Positions 21,198 to 31,478 of a stretch of 64,000 bases of DNA are shown here, piece by piece. Both the position numbers and the translations under genes were made by a program. The notes under the pieces are model-generated. The model was not told where the DNA came from and did no database searches. It saw only the letters and a list, made by a program, of their open reading frames with translations. Origin of the DNA: Nitrosopumilus sp. (GTDB lineage Archaea > Thermoproteota > Nitrososphaeria > Nitrososphaerales > Nitrosopumilaceae); assembly GCA_965223425.1 (NCBI GenBank), contig OZ245003.1:1472001-1536000 (forward strand). The letters run 5' to 3'. Numbering within the stretch: the stretch's first letter is position 1; each line of letters opens with the position of its first letter.

Positions 21198-22496
21198 CTA
21201 TTGGAATGGATCAATGAACGGGCAGTTAACAATATGGTCACTATCCATCGGACGTGCAATGCCAATGTCAATCAAACCAGCCTCCCTGTATGCATTCAAA
21301 TCACCAATTGTCTCTAACAACTGAGCGTTTTCTGGACTAGCCCAACCTGTTATGAAAATTCTCCACATAGGAGAATAGTTTGCATCACCAGGAGCTCCTG
21401 CAGCTATCCCTGCCTGGAATCCTAAAGGACCAGAACCAGTCAGACCATTTCTGAACTGAAACAGGTCTGTTGCTGCTGAACTTGCAATCAAACTCGCAGA
21501 TGTTGGTGCGCTTACAACACCCATCATTCCTGCAGGACCGCTAGGAGTAGCATCTGTTACAATGTAATAGATTGTTCTGCCATCCGGGCCCCAACCACGA
21601 TGAGCAATGAAAGTTACAGTCATCTCTTCTGTATCAATATCAAGGACTTGACCGCCACCATATGGCGTTTCATCAGTTAAAGTTTTGTCTTCTTTAACCG
21701 TCATCTGGCCTTCAGGCCAGACAATTTGCGGCATATTCAAAACCACACCAAGTTCTGCCAATGTAATTTCATCATTGTCAGCTGCATCCACAATCATTGC
21801 GTCGGAGTCAAGGACTCTGGGCGTGGTGCCTTCATTCCATGTAACATGGACATGGGAAGTCAGTGCGCTATACACATCTGCTTGTGCAGGAGTGCTTGTA
21901 AAGACCTCACCTTGATACCCATGAACACCGCCGCCTTCAATGCCGTTGGTGAACATGTATGTTCTTGAAAGTGCGTCATCAGGGGCATTTACCAATAAAG
22001 GAGCAAGTTCAACCTGCCAGCCTTGGTTTTCGGTAATGATGTCTGCATGTGAAGGATCACTAGAATCAGTGATGATAAAATAAACATCTCCACCGTTATA
22101 GTAGCCATGATGCAAAGGAATTGTTGCTGGAACATTTGCTCTTGATAGTCTAAGTACAGATCCCAAATCTGCCTCAGTTACTTCTTCCATGTGTTCTTCT
22201 TCATGAGTATCATTCTCCATGGCTTCTTTTTCCATGTGTTTTTCTTCATGAGTTTCTTCTTCAGTAGCTAGTGCTGCAAAAGTTGCCTCTTTTTGTTGTT
22301 CTAACCATGCGGCTTTGCCGCCTGGAATCTCAGAACAGAACTGCAATCCACAAATGCCGGTACTTGCACCATATTGTGGGGTACTGGTGCCTTGACTTTT
22401 GAGAGCTTCAACATCTGTGAAATAGTCAGTAGTCAATCCTGCTGTAAAGAAGGGTAGCATTGCAAAAACTGCAATGTATCTTAGACTCTTGTTCAT
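21198..22496 (-). CDS. exported protein with two internal repeat domains and a His/Glu-rich linker
   Basis: Signal peptide; YFIITDSS/YYIVTDAT repeats; EETHEEKHME/THEEEHME linker. Confidence 0.75.
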   Translation of the reverse strand: MNKSLRYIAVFAMLPFFTAGLTTDYFTDVEALKSQGTSTPQYGASTGICGLQFCSEIPGGKAAWLEQQKEATFAALATEEETHEEKHMEKEAMENDTHEEEHMEEVTEADLGSVLRLSRANVPATIPLHHGYYNGGDVYFIITDSSDPSHADIITENQGWQVELAPLLVNAPDDALSRTYMFTNGIEGGGVHGYQGEVFTSTPAQADVYSALTSHVHVTWNEGTTPRVLDSDAMIVDAADNDEITLAELGVVLNMPQIVWPEGQMTVKEDKTLTDETPYGGGQVLDIDTEEMTVTFIAHRGWGPDGRTIYYIVTDATPSGPAGMMGVVSAPTSASLIASSAATDLFQFRNGLTGSGPLGFQAGIAAGAPGDANYSPMWRIFITGWASPENAQLLETIGDLNAYREAGLIDIGIARPMDSDHIVNCPFIDPFQ

Positions 22497-22550
22497 AGAA
22501 TGAAAAATGGGATTTTTCTTTAAAAGAATTTATCCAAATCAGGCACAGGG

Positions 22551-23174
22551 CTATACAGAAAGTTCTGAGAACCTATTTTCAACATAATCCCAGTTGACAA
22601 CATTCCACCAGGCTTTGACATAATCAGGTCTCTTGTTTTGATGTTTTAGATAGTAAGCATGCTCCCAGACATCTAATCCTAACAAAGGTGTTTTCTGAAG
22701 AGTCCAAGGACTGGTTTGATTAAAAGTCGTAATAATTTCAATTTTGTTATAAGTGGGGTTAAAAACTAACCAGCACCAACCACTTCCTTGAAGTGTGATT
22801 GCTTTTTCTGAAAAAACTTTTTTAAAATTTTCAAAGTTATTAAAATAAACATCGATAGAATCTTCAAGTTTTCCTCCAGGCATCCCATCACTGTTCGGGA
22901 TCATTGTTTCCCAAAACAATCTATGATTTTCAAAACCCCCACCAAAAAAATTAATTGCATTTTGTCCAGATTCAGGAATTGATTTTAAATCAGAGAGGAT
23001 AGATGAAATGTATTGAGGGTGAGATTCGCCTCCAACTCGTTTAAGAGAGTTGTTTAGACCATCAACATATGATTGATGGTGTTTTTGGTGATGAATCTTC
23101 ATTGTTTCTGCATCGATAAATGGCTCCAATTCATCATATCCGTATGGCAGTTTGGGAAGTTGATATCTAACCAT
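22551..23174 (-). CDS. sod: Fe/Mn superoxide dismutase
   Basis: HHQKHH, GSGW and DVWEHAYY motifs. Confidence 0.95.
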   Translation of the reverse strand: MVRYQLPKLPYGYDELEPFIDAETMKIHHQKHHQSYVDGLNNSLKRVGGESHPQYISSILSDLKSIPESGQNAINFFGGGFENHRLFWETMIPNSDGMPGGKLEDSIDVYFNNFENFKKVFSEKAITLQGSGWCWLVFNPTYNKIEIITTFNQTSPWTLQKTPLLGLDVWEHAYYLKHQNKRPDYVKAWWNVVNWDYVENRFSELSV

Positions 23175-23258
23175 AAATCAAATTATTTGAATCCACATAT
23201 ATTCTTCAAGAACAAAACCCAAATCAAGTTTTTATTGAAAAGCATTTCTGAGTACATT

Positions 23259-23876
23259 ATGAGAAGACTGGGAACGACTGATTTAGAAATTTTACATTTA
23301 GCTATTCAAGAAAATGGAACATTTAATGAAAGCAACCTAGAAAATTCAGAATTAAAGAGGTTGGGAGTAGGGAGAATTCTAGATGCGTTGGCATCACTAA
23401 AAGATAGAAAGATGATCTCGCTTAACAGTGATGGTTCTTTTTCCATTACAGATGTTGCAAAAGAGATTCTTTGGACTGATAAAATTCCAACATGGGCAAA
23501 AATCCTGCGTCTTCTTCAGATAAAATCTTGCAATATGAAAGATATGGCAGACATCCTCAGAACAGCAGAAGATAAACTCATAGAAGATGTAGAAAGGTTA
23601 AGAAAAAATCAGCTCATTCTAATGTCACCACAAAGACAAAACGATAGACTTGTCAAGGTGTATGAAATACTTCCTGAGGGAACAGTTCAAATCGACAGAA
23701 CAGAAACGGAGGGATTTGGGAGTAATGCATGTTTTGATAAAATCAAACCGAAAATAGAAATTCTAAGCATGATAAATGAGATTGTAAAAGACATCCAAGA
23801 TTCTCAAATTGAAGAACCAAAAAAAGAAAGCATTTCAGAAAAGCTATATAAATTAAAAGACAAGTTAGAAATTTAA
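23259..23876 (+). CDS. hypothetical wHTH protein
   Basis: Likely start MRRLGTTD; helical, HTH-like. Confidence 0.65.
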   Translation: MRRLGTTDLEILHLAIQENGTFNESNLENSELKRLGVGRILDALASLKDRKMISLNSDGSFSITDVAKEILWTDKIPTWAKILRLLQIKSCNMKDMADILRTAEDKLIEDVERLRKNQLILMSPQRQNDRLVKVYEILPEGTVQIDRTETEGFGSNACFDKIKPKIEILSMINEIVKDIQDSQIEEPKKESISEKLYKLKDKLEI

Positions 23877-25601
23877 TTATTTTGAGCGAATCTTGTCTTG
23901 TATTTGAGCCAAAATTAATTCTGCTTTGTTCTTGTTTTCATAGTTTTCAACAGACTCGTCCATGATTTCATCAATTTCATAGCTTTTATCTACCAAGATA
24001 TTTGCAACATGATCGTCCAAAGTGCCGTTTCCAATTAGATAATATGCAAATACAGTGTTTTTTTGTCCAATTCTATGAAGTCTGTCTTCAGCTTGTCTAT
24101 GAATTGCAGGACTCCAATCAAGTTCTGCAAAGATGACATATTTTGCTCTAGTTAAATTAATACCAACGTTTCCGGCACGAAGTCCTGCAATCATTAACTT
24201 TGATTCACCTTTTTGGAATTTATCAATCTGATCTTGTCTCAGTGAGTCTGTTTGTCCACCAATTATTGATACAGGAGAAAATTCTTGTAGGCTTTCATGG
24301 AGTAGTTTATGAATTACTTTATGATGGCAAAATACAACGACACTTTCTTCAATCTCCATAATATTTTTAACAAAATTAATTACATGTGGGAGTTTTGCAA
24401 CACCTGCAATTTGTCGTTCACTTTGAATAGCCCGTTGATATGATGCAGATTTTGAAAATTCCGTTTCTGCGTCTTTTTGCTCTTCTTCAAGTTTTTCCCA
24501 GATCTTATTTAATTCTTCAATATAATAATCAGTGTCAGATGCAATAACCTCTTTGTAGCGAACCTTATCTTTTAGTTCTTTTAAAACGTCAGATTTTTTT
24601 CGCCTAAGCATTACATGTTTCTGTAATTCATTTCTAAGAGAGGCACGCTTATTCTCTAAAACAATAGCTTTTCCTTTTTCATTGACATAACAAAAATATT
24701 CACAAAATTCTTTAAAACTTCCAAGAAGTCCTGGTTTTATGATATCAATTATTGGCCAAATTTCAGAACCGCGGTTGTAAATCGGGGTGCCAGAAAGGCC
24801 AATTCTATACAATACAGAAGGAAGCGCGGCAAGTTTTTTGACTGCTTTATATTTTTGAGTGGTCTTTGATCTTAGATTGTGAACTTCATCACAAACTATG
24901 GTCTTTATTCCAAGTTTTGCCAGATCATCGTTTCGTTTGAAAAGTAATTCATAGTTGATTACATAAATATCACTTTTTGGAAGTTCTTTAGATTTTCCGG
25001 TTCTAATAAGAGCAACGCTTGGTGTTTTTGACTCAATTATTCGACCGTTTCTACTTTTTTTCTTTAGAAATTTTTCAATTTCTCTTTCCCAATTGTTTAA
25101 CGTGACTAAAGGGGCAACCACAAGAACAGGGAATGTCTGCTTTTCAGTAGCCACGTAAGATAAAGTTTCAACAGTTTTCCCCAAACCCATCTCATCAGCT
25201 AGTAATGCATTACCAGAAGATTTTAACAAAAAGTCTAACCCTTCTTTTTGGAAGTTCAGAAGCTTTCCTCTAAACTGCTCACCAGTTTTTGCTCGTTTTA
25301 GTTTATGTTTAATTGGAGGCAGCGTAGGTTTTGGCGCATAAGTTTTTACAATTTTCCTTTGCCATGCATGTTTTGATAAAATTTCAAGTGGGTATCTGTC
25401 CATGATAAGTTTTATCTGTTTTACATTCTCAATATTATCAGAAACAATTACGTCATTTACATTTTCACCGTACCAAGCCTCAGGAACAAGTCTTGAGATC
25501 ATGCTGACAGCACGATCGCCAGAAATTTTCCAACTCCAAGTTTTAGAATATTTATCAAGCACATATTCTAATGTGCCAATGGTTTCCAGAGATGTTTTCA
25601 T
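23877..25601 (-). CDS. SNF2-family helicase
   Basis: LLADEMGLGKT, DEVH, LSGTP and QAEDRLHRIGQ motifs. Confidence 0.95.
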   Translation of the reverse strand: MKTSLETIGTLEYVLDKYSKTWSWKISGDRAVSMISRLVPEAWYGENVNDVIVSDNIENVKQIKLIMDRYPLEILSKHAWQRKIVKTYAPKPTLPPIKHKLKRAKTGEQFRGKLLNFQKEGLDFLLKSSGNALLADEMGLGKTVETLSYVATEKQTFPVLVVAPLVTLNNWEREIEKFLKKKSRNGRIIESKTPSVALIRTGKSKELPKSDIYVINYELLFKRNDDLAKLGIKTIVCDEVHNLRSKTTQKYKAVKKLAALPSVLYRIGLSGTPIYNRGSEIWPIIDIIKPGLLGSFKEFCEYFCYVNEKGKAIVLENKRASLRNELQKHVMLRRKKSDVLKELKDKVRYKEVIASDTDYYIEELNKIWEKLEEEQKDAETEFSKSASYQRAIQSERQIAGVAKLPHVINFVKNIMEIEESVVVFCHHKVIHKLLHESLQEFSPVSIIGGQTDSLRQDQIDKFQKGESKLMIAGLRAGNVGINLTRAKYVIFAELDWSPAIHRQAEDRLHRIGQKNTVFAYYLIGNGTLDDHVANILVDKSYEIDEIMDESVENYENKNKAELILAQIQDKIRSK

Positions 25602-25797
25602 AATTTGTCGATAGAATGTTTTTTTGCCTTATGAATCTTTCATGTTCCAATCGATCAACGCAGGGTAAATCAAAAACCTACAATGTTAAAATATAACAAA
25701 TATGGCACATTTAGGGAAAATAGTGAGCCATGGCTTCATCGTGCGGCAGTTCAAGAAATAAAATAACAAATATGGAATCATAAAACACACCTTAGAG

Positions 25798-26184
25798 ATG
25801 GCCGATGAGGGATTTGCATGGATTTATCTAATATTTTTCTTGGTTCCACTAGCAAGAATACTTCCACGCATAGTAAGAAAATGGAGAAACAAGGCACATG
25901 TTGAAAACCAAAATTATGCAAATAACCCAAAAGTGGAACAACGACAAGAATCATTTCAAAGACCACAGAACACGGAAATGAAAGTATTAGGAGAGATTAA
26001 TAGAGGAATTAAAAATTTCAGTAATATTCAAAAAAACCTTGCTTTAAGCAATCAGGAATTGGAAAGTATTTTAAAAAATTTAGAGAAACAAGAATTAATG
26101 AAAGTGGTAAAAAAAGGGAGTTTTTTTGGCATCAAAGTAGAGCTGCGTTCAACTGAAAAAGGTCAGAAAAGATATTATTCATAA
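25798..26184 (+). CDS. membrane-anchored hypothetical protein
   Basis: N-terminal TM segment; C-terminal wHTH-like region. Confidence 0.65.
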   Translation: MADEGFAWIYLIFFLVPLARILPRIVRKWRNKAHVENQNYANNPKVEQRQESFQRPQNTEMKVLGEINRGIKNFSNIQKNLALSNQELESILKNLEKQELMKVVKKGSFFGIKVELRSTEKGQKRYYS

Positions 26185-26247
26185 AAAAAATCCTTCGATA
26201 TTTTAATTAGAACATACGTTTAAAATTCATTAGATGCCAGAAAAGTT

Positions 26248-26928
26248 GTGGAATTCACACAAAATGAAGAAGCCAACGTTGAAAAGCCAATCGTGATTGC
26301 AGCAATGCAAGATATGGGAGACGTTGGAAGTATTGTAGTAAATTTTATCAATGATTCTTTGAGGACAAAAGCATTCAGAGTTGCAAAAACATTGTTTCCA
26401 ACATATGTGATAGATAATGGAGGATACGTTGATATTCCAAATGAGAGTTGGGAATACAGATACGCAGACGACTTGATAATATTTGGTGGGAAAAAAGGAC
26501 AGCCACAAAGCAACAGTGAGATAAACACTTTGTGCCAAGATGTAATTGATGTTGCAAAAAAATACTCTGCAAAATTCATTTACACGTTAGGAGGTTTTCA
26601 TACTAATCGAATTTTAGACAATAACCCAAAGACATACATTACAACAACATCAAAGGAACTAACAAAGCAGATGGGAGGGCTTGACGTAGAAACAACTCCT
26701 CAAAAATCAATAATAACAGGATTTAATGGGTTGATTCTTGGATTTGCAAAGCAAAACGGAATTCACGGGATTGGCATGTATGGTGAATTAAATGAGCCTG
26801 AAATTCCACAATATAGGGCAGCAGTTAGCGTTATCAAAACTCTTGAAAAACTAACCTATAGAAAATTAGGGGACACAGGTCAATTAGAGGCCATGGCAAA
26901 AGAGGTTGAAAGAAAATTTAATAATTAA
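26248..26928 (+). CDS. PAC2-family proteasome assembly chaperone
   Basis: DMGDVGS, YTLGGF and ITGFNGLILG motifs. Confidence 0.85.
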   Translation: MEFTQNEEANVEKPIVIAAMQDMGDVGSIVVNFINDSLRTKAFRVAKTLFPTYVIDNGGYVDIPNESWEYRYADDLIIFGGKKGQPQSNSEINTLCQDVIDVAKKYSAKFIYTLGGFHTNRILDNNPKTYITTTSKELTKQMGGLDVETTPQKSIITGFNGLILGFAKQNGIHGIGMYGELNEPEIPQYRAAVSVIKTLEKLTYRKLGDTGQLEAMAKEVERKFNN

Positions 26929-26930
26929 AA

Positions 26931-27065
26931 TCAATGAGGATTGCCAACCTGATGAGGTCCAGTATTTTCATCATGACAATCACACAAACACAAATGGGTT
27001 TTGTGGTTATTCATACAGTCAATGCATTCGTAATGTTTTCTTGTTTCACAAGCAGCACAAATCAT
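26931..27065 (-). CDS. small Cys/His-rich protein (44 aa, absent from ORF track)
   Basis: MICAACETRKHYECIDC...CLCDCH. Confidence 0.5.
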   Translation of the reverse strand: MICAACETRKHYECIDCMNNHKTHLCLCDCHDENTGPHQVGNPH

Positions 27066-27120
27066 CTTACTAGTAATCAACAATAGATGAATTTGAGTTT
27101 TTTCTCATTTAAAAGGAAAG

Positions 27121-28494
27121 TCAATATTCCACCTCACTTCTTGCAAGTAGGTTATAGGTTAGATCGACATATCCTTGTGGATCAACTTCTTTTGCAAATC
27201 CCTTATCGATGTTTATGAGATAAATGGAATGTAGATGGGCATTTAGAATGTCCTCATACCGGATTGGCGGATTTTTATAGTAACGATCGCAAAGATTCTT
27301 GATTTTATCTACATCTTCTTTCTTCCTTGCATTTGGGGGCAACAAGAAAATTTTTGGTATTGGCAAGATTCCAGTAACAGGACTGGCTAATGAAAACTTT
27401 GAACAGTGCTTGCTATATCTTGAAACTTTACTCATTATTCTGGCAGCATAATAATCAACTGTGTCCATTGCATTCTCAGGAGGAGTAAACCCAGTCTCTA
27501 TTTCAACAATGGTATTCCCATCACCTTTTTTTGCAAAGATATCACATACTAAAATATCTGAAAGCGTCTGCTAAACGGGCCGCAGGCAAGACAGCTTGCA
27601 GCAGACCTGGATGCGGGGCCGGAGTCATGCGGCTTTGAGAGCAGCTTGTGGGATTCCAACCTCGTAAGGCTGCACATCAAGAGAAAGTTCGGCGTGCAGT
27701 ACAGCAAGACAGGTGTGCTGCAGCTGATCAAGGAGGTGGGCTTTTCGTGGAGCAAGGCGCGTCCAAAAAACCCAAAATCCACCTCAAAAAAAGAGCAAAA
27801 AGAGTTTCAGGGACGGGCAAAAAAACCCGTTGCAGAAAAGTCGGCGCAGGGATACGCCGTACCGGCCGGCGATGCATCCTCGATTCAAAGGGCATCAAAC
27901 AGGCCCGGCTACGGGTGGAGAAGGCGCGGCAAGCGCGCCACATCTCCCCCTCTGTTTTGCCACGCAAGAGAAGATACATTTAGAGTCCTGTCAGCAAGCG
28001 CATTTTACTTTATGTTTTATGAAAAGCCAGACAGCGACGGCTTTTGCAGCTTTTTGGAACGGGTTCACAAAAGATTCGGCAAGGTGCTGCTGTCTGTAGA
28101 CAATGCGTCATATCACAAATCCAAAAAGGCAAGGGAGTTTCTGGAAAGATACAATGACGGGATAGTTCTGGAGTACCTGCTGCCGTACACGCCGGAGCTT
28201 AATCCCATTGAGATGCAGTGGAGGGTAATAAAACGGGTACTGTCTGCAAAAGTGTTTGGCACGCTAGATGAGATGGAGCAGTCAGTACGCACGCTGTTTG
28301 CCAGAAAGGAGATCCTGCCTGTGAAAATGTTCAATTATTTAATGTGCTAACTATGTTGTCCTTCTGATCCTAGGCGGACTGACTTTTCGTACAATTGAGA
28401 CATAATTTAGTTTGGGCACATCATTTTCTTTGAGATTTTTGGACAGTTTCTCAGTCATCTCATAGACGTCGTTACGGAATTTTTCCAAATCCAT
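27121..28494 (-). pseudogene. host gene (PD-(D/E)XK-like motif) disrupted by IS630
   Basis: N-terminus MDLEKFRNDVYEM at 28494-28400; C-terminal part CDIFAKKGDG..VEIETG at 27570-27121. Confidence 0.65.
27573..28353 (+). mobile_element. 5'-truncated IS630 element
   Basis: DNASYH and PELNPIE motifs; right end ATGTGCTAACTA as in the other copies. Confidence 0.9.
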
Positions 28495-28631
28495 GATTCA
28501 AAACTATGTAATCTTATGTGCCCCGATCAAGGAAATCAGATGATAAGAGTGGTTCTGGTTCAGAAAACAGAGCCGGTACTGCAAGGATCAGAAATGCAAA
28601 CAAACACACAACCCCAGATCCGAGGATATGC

Positions 28632-29672
28632 ATGTCAGCTGTCTTTGTCGGCCTGGATGTCCACAAGAAGACCATCCAGATGTCAGTCATGGATGAAAAC
28701 GGCGAGGAACTGCTCAACAAAGAGATAGCAAACACAGCCGAAGACATCAGGTACAACATAGGCTGTTTGCACAAGGACTCGAAGCTTGTGATGGAATCCT
28801 CGTCTGTCTGGAAGGCGCCGTTCTTTCAGATAAGAGACGAGCTAAGCATGGACGTGTCGCTGTCAAACCCGTACACCACCAAGCTCATAGCAGAGTCCAA
28901 AAAGAAGACTGACAAGGTGGATGCCAGAATTCTGGCAGACATGCACAGGGGAGGATACATAGTATCGTGCCACGTACCCACGTTGCAGAACATGAACAAC
29001 AGGGACCTGGTGAATTACCGGCACAACCTGGTACGCCACAGGACAGGACTGAAGAACTCCATACACGGCATACTGCTGCAGAGATCGATTCGGCCTGACG
29101 GCAAGCCGTTTTGCGGGCCATGGATTGCGCAGGTTCGAAAGATAAGCGACTATAGGATAGACTCGTACCTGGACACGATAAACAGCATAAACGACAAGAT
29201 ACTCCAGTCAGATGCAAGGGTGCGCCAGGCAGCAAAGGAGAACGAGGATGCAACTCTGCTGCAGACCGTTCCGGGTGTCGGGGCATACTCTGCACTGGTC
29301 ATTGCATGTACAATAGACGGCATAGGAAGGTTCGTCAACTCGCACAAGCTGTGCTCTTATGTCGGCGTTGTTCCGTCTGTGAGATCCTCCGGCGAGTCCG
29401 TGCACTATGGACACATAACGCACCATGGAAGCAGCATATGCAGGTGGGTTCTGACAGAGTGCGTCTTGTCGCATGTAAGGTATGCGCCAGAGTCTGACAT
29501 TTCGATATTCTACAAGAGGCTTGCAAAGAGGAGGGGCAAGGGACGTGCATCAGTGGCTGCTGCCTCAAAGCTGCTGCGAGTCATTTACCGCATGCTCAAG
29601 GAGAGAAGGGCGTTTGTTACAAATTACAGTCAGGATGCCAATTGCGATGAACTCGTTGAGGGACAGACCTAG
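28632..29672 (+). CDS. IS110-family DEDD recombinase
   Basis: GLDVHK, MES, KTDKVDA, VPGVG and RSSG motifs; likely start MSAVFVG. Confidence 0.95.
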   Translation: MSAVFVGLDVHKKTIQMSVMDENGEELLNKEIANTAEDIRYNIGCLHKDSKLVMESSSVWKAPFFQIRDELSMDVSLSNPYTTKLIAESKKKTDKVDARILADMHRGGYIVSCHVPTLQNMNNRDLVNYRHNLVRHRTGLKNSIHGILLQRSIRPDGKPFCGPWIAQVRKISDYRIDSYLDTINSINDKILQSDARVRQAAKENEDATLLQTVPGVGAYSALVIACTIDGIGRFVNSHKLCSYVGVVPSVRSSGESVHYGHITHHGSSICRWVLTECVLSHVRYAPESDISIFYKRLAKRRGKGRASVAAASKLLRVIYRMLKERRAFVTNYSQDANCDELVEGQT

Positions 29673-29880
29673 TAGTCTGTATGCCTCGCCTTGTAATTGC
29701 ATTATACCCTGATAAAAGAATGGAGAATGATACTGAGGGATTGCCTCTGTGATTGCCTCGGATGGATAACTGTTCGCCTCTTTGTTGTCTTGGGCCTTTG
29801 CGGTCTGGAAATAATCCTAGCTTGTGCCGTACCTGTCAGGATGAAAAATGTTGGGAATTCTTATAAGGATGGCACATGGA
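29630..29880 (+). ncRNA. candidate bridge/seek RNA of the IS1111-type element
   Basis: TGAACTCGT (29648-29656) and TTGTA (29691-29695) match the target; ATGGATAA (29762-29769) matches the donor junction; stem-loops present; boundaries approximate. Confidence 0.6.
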
Positions 29881-29956
29881 TACGAGTTCACGTCCCCTTA
29901 CAAATAGGCGCGAATTTTACGGAATTTGTGTTGTTTACGCAGAGTAGGTGAACTCA

Positions 29957-31330
29957 TATCCATGTGCCATCCTTATAAGAATTCCCAACATTTTTCATCC
30001 TGACAGGTACGGCACAAGCTAGGATTATTTCCAGACCGCAAAGGCCCAAGACAACAAAGAGGCGAACAGTTATCCATCCGAGGCAATCACAGAGGCAATC
30101 CCTCAGTATCATTCTCCATTCTTTTATCAGGGTATAATGCAATTACAAGGCGAGGCATACAGACTACTAGGTCTGTCCCTCAACGAGTTCATCGCAATTG
30201 GCATCCTGACTGTAATTTGTAACAAACGCCCTTCTCTCCTTGAGCATGCGGTAAATGACTCGCAGCAGCTTTGAGGCAGCAGCCACTGATGCACGTCCCT
30301 TGCCCCTCCTCTTTGCAAGCCTCTTGTAGAATATCGAAATGTCAGACTCTGGCGCATACCTTACATGCGACAAGACGCACTCTGTCAGAACCCACCTGCA
30401 TATGCTGCTTCCATGGTGCGTTATGTGTCCATAGTGCACGGACTCGCCGGAGGATCTCACAGACGGAACAACGCCGACATAAGAGCACAGCTTGTGCGAG
30501 TTGACGAACCTTCCTATGCCGTCTATTGTACATGCAATGACCAGTGCAGAGTATGCCCCGACACCCGGAACGGTCTGCAGCAGAGTTGCATCCTCGTTCT
30601 CCTTTGCTGCCTGGCGCACCCTTGCATCTGACTGGAGTATCTTGTCGTTTATGCTGTTTATCGTGTCCAGGTACGAGTCTATCCTATAGTCGCTTATCTT
30701 TCGAACCTGCGCAATCCATGGCCCGCAAAACGGCTTGCCGTCAGGCCGAATCGATCTCTGCAGCAGTATGCCGTGTATGGAGTTCTTCAGTCCTGTCCTG
30801 TGGCGTACCAGGTTGTGCCGGTAATTCACCAGGTCCCTGTTGTTCATGTTCTGCAACGTGGGTACGTGGCACGATACTATGTATCCTCCCCTGTGCATGT
30901 CTGCCAGAATTCTGGCATCCACCTTGTCAGTCTTCTTTTTGGACTCTGCTATGAGCTTGGTGGTGTACGGGTTTGACAGCGACACGTCCATGCTTAGCTC
31001 GTCTCTTATCTGAAAGAACGGCGCCTTCCAGACAGACGAGGATTCCATCACAAGCTTCGAGTCCTTGTGCAAACAGCCTATGTTGTACCTGATGTCTTCG
31101 GCTGTGTTTGCTATCTCTTTGTTGAGCAGTTCCTCGCCGTTTTCATCCATGACTGACATCTGGATGGTCTTCTTGTGGACATCCAGGCCGACAAAGACAG
31201 CTGACATGCATATCCTCGGATCTGGGGTTGTGTGTTTGTTTGCATTTCTGATCCTTGCAGTACCGGCTCTGTTTTCTGAACCAGAACCACTCTTATCATC
31301 TGATTTCCTTGATCGGGGCACATAAGATTA
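29957..31330 (-). mobile_element. IS110-family (IS1111-type) element, copy 2
   Basis: Inverted 1374-bp copy of 28509-29882 encoding an identical protein. Confidence 0.88.
30167..31207 (-). CDS. IS110-family DEDD recombinase
   Basis: Identical translation to copy 1. Confidence 0.95.
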   Translation of the reverse strand: MSAVFVGLDVHKKTIQMSVMDENGEELLNKEIANTAEDIRYNIGCLHKDSKLVMESSSVWKAPFFQIRDELSMDVSLSNPYTTKLIAESKKKTDKVDARILADMHRGGYIVSCHVPTLQNMNNRDLVNYRHNLVRHRTGLKNSIHGILLQRSIRPDGKPFCGPWIAQVRKISDYRIDSYLDTINSINDKILQSDARVRQAAKENEDATLLQTVPGVGAYSALVIACTIDGIGRFVNSHKLCSYVGVVPSVRSSGESVHYGHITHHGSSICRWVLTECVLSHVRYAPESDISIFYKRLAKRRGKGRASVAAASKLLRVIYRMLKERRAFVTNYSQDANCDELVEGQT

Positions 31331-31478
31331 CAAAACTATCTAGTTTTTCGGGGTTTAAGAGTTAGTTGTGATTCAACATGTTTCGTCTCAAGGCACAAAT
31401 CGAGTAAATTACTCAAATAAAATTGAAAAATGAGTAATTTTTCTTCATACTTTGTCTTAACAACAAAAATCAGAATGA

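Larger units (their letters stand above)
28509..29882 (+). mobile_element. IS110-family (IS1111-type) element, copy 1
   Basis: Subterminal IRs ATGTGCC/GGCACAT; TA core at both ends; long 3' noncoding end. Confidence 0.88.
28508..31331. mobile_element. 80-bp IS66-derived MITE carrying one IS1111-type element in each TIR
   Basis: 8-bp TSD AAAACTAT at 28500-28507 and 31332-31339; removing both IS copies restores GTACGAGTTCAC...GTGAACTCATAC. Confidence 0.85.

Noticed and set aside
29697-29951. ORFs MHYTLIKEW... (also 29954-30142)
   Set aside because: They lie in the IS noncoding end, have non-ATG starts and are better explained as the candidate bridge RNA region.
28509-31330. Large inverted repeat as an assembly artefact or composite transposon
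   Set aside because: The asymmetric central spacer, restored IS66-type TIRs and 8-bp TSD are better explained by two independent targeted insertions; read support is still unchecked.
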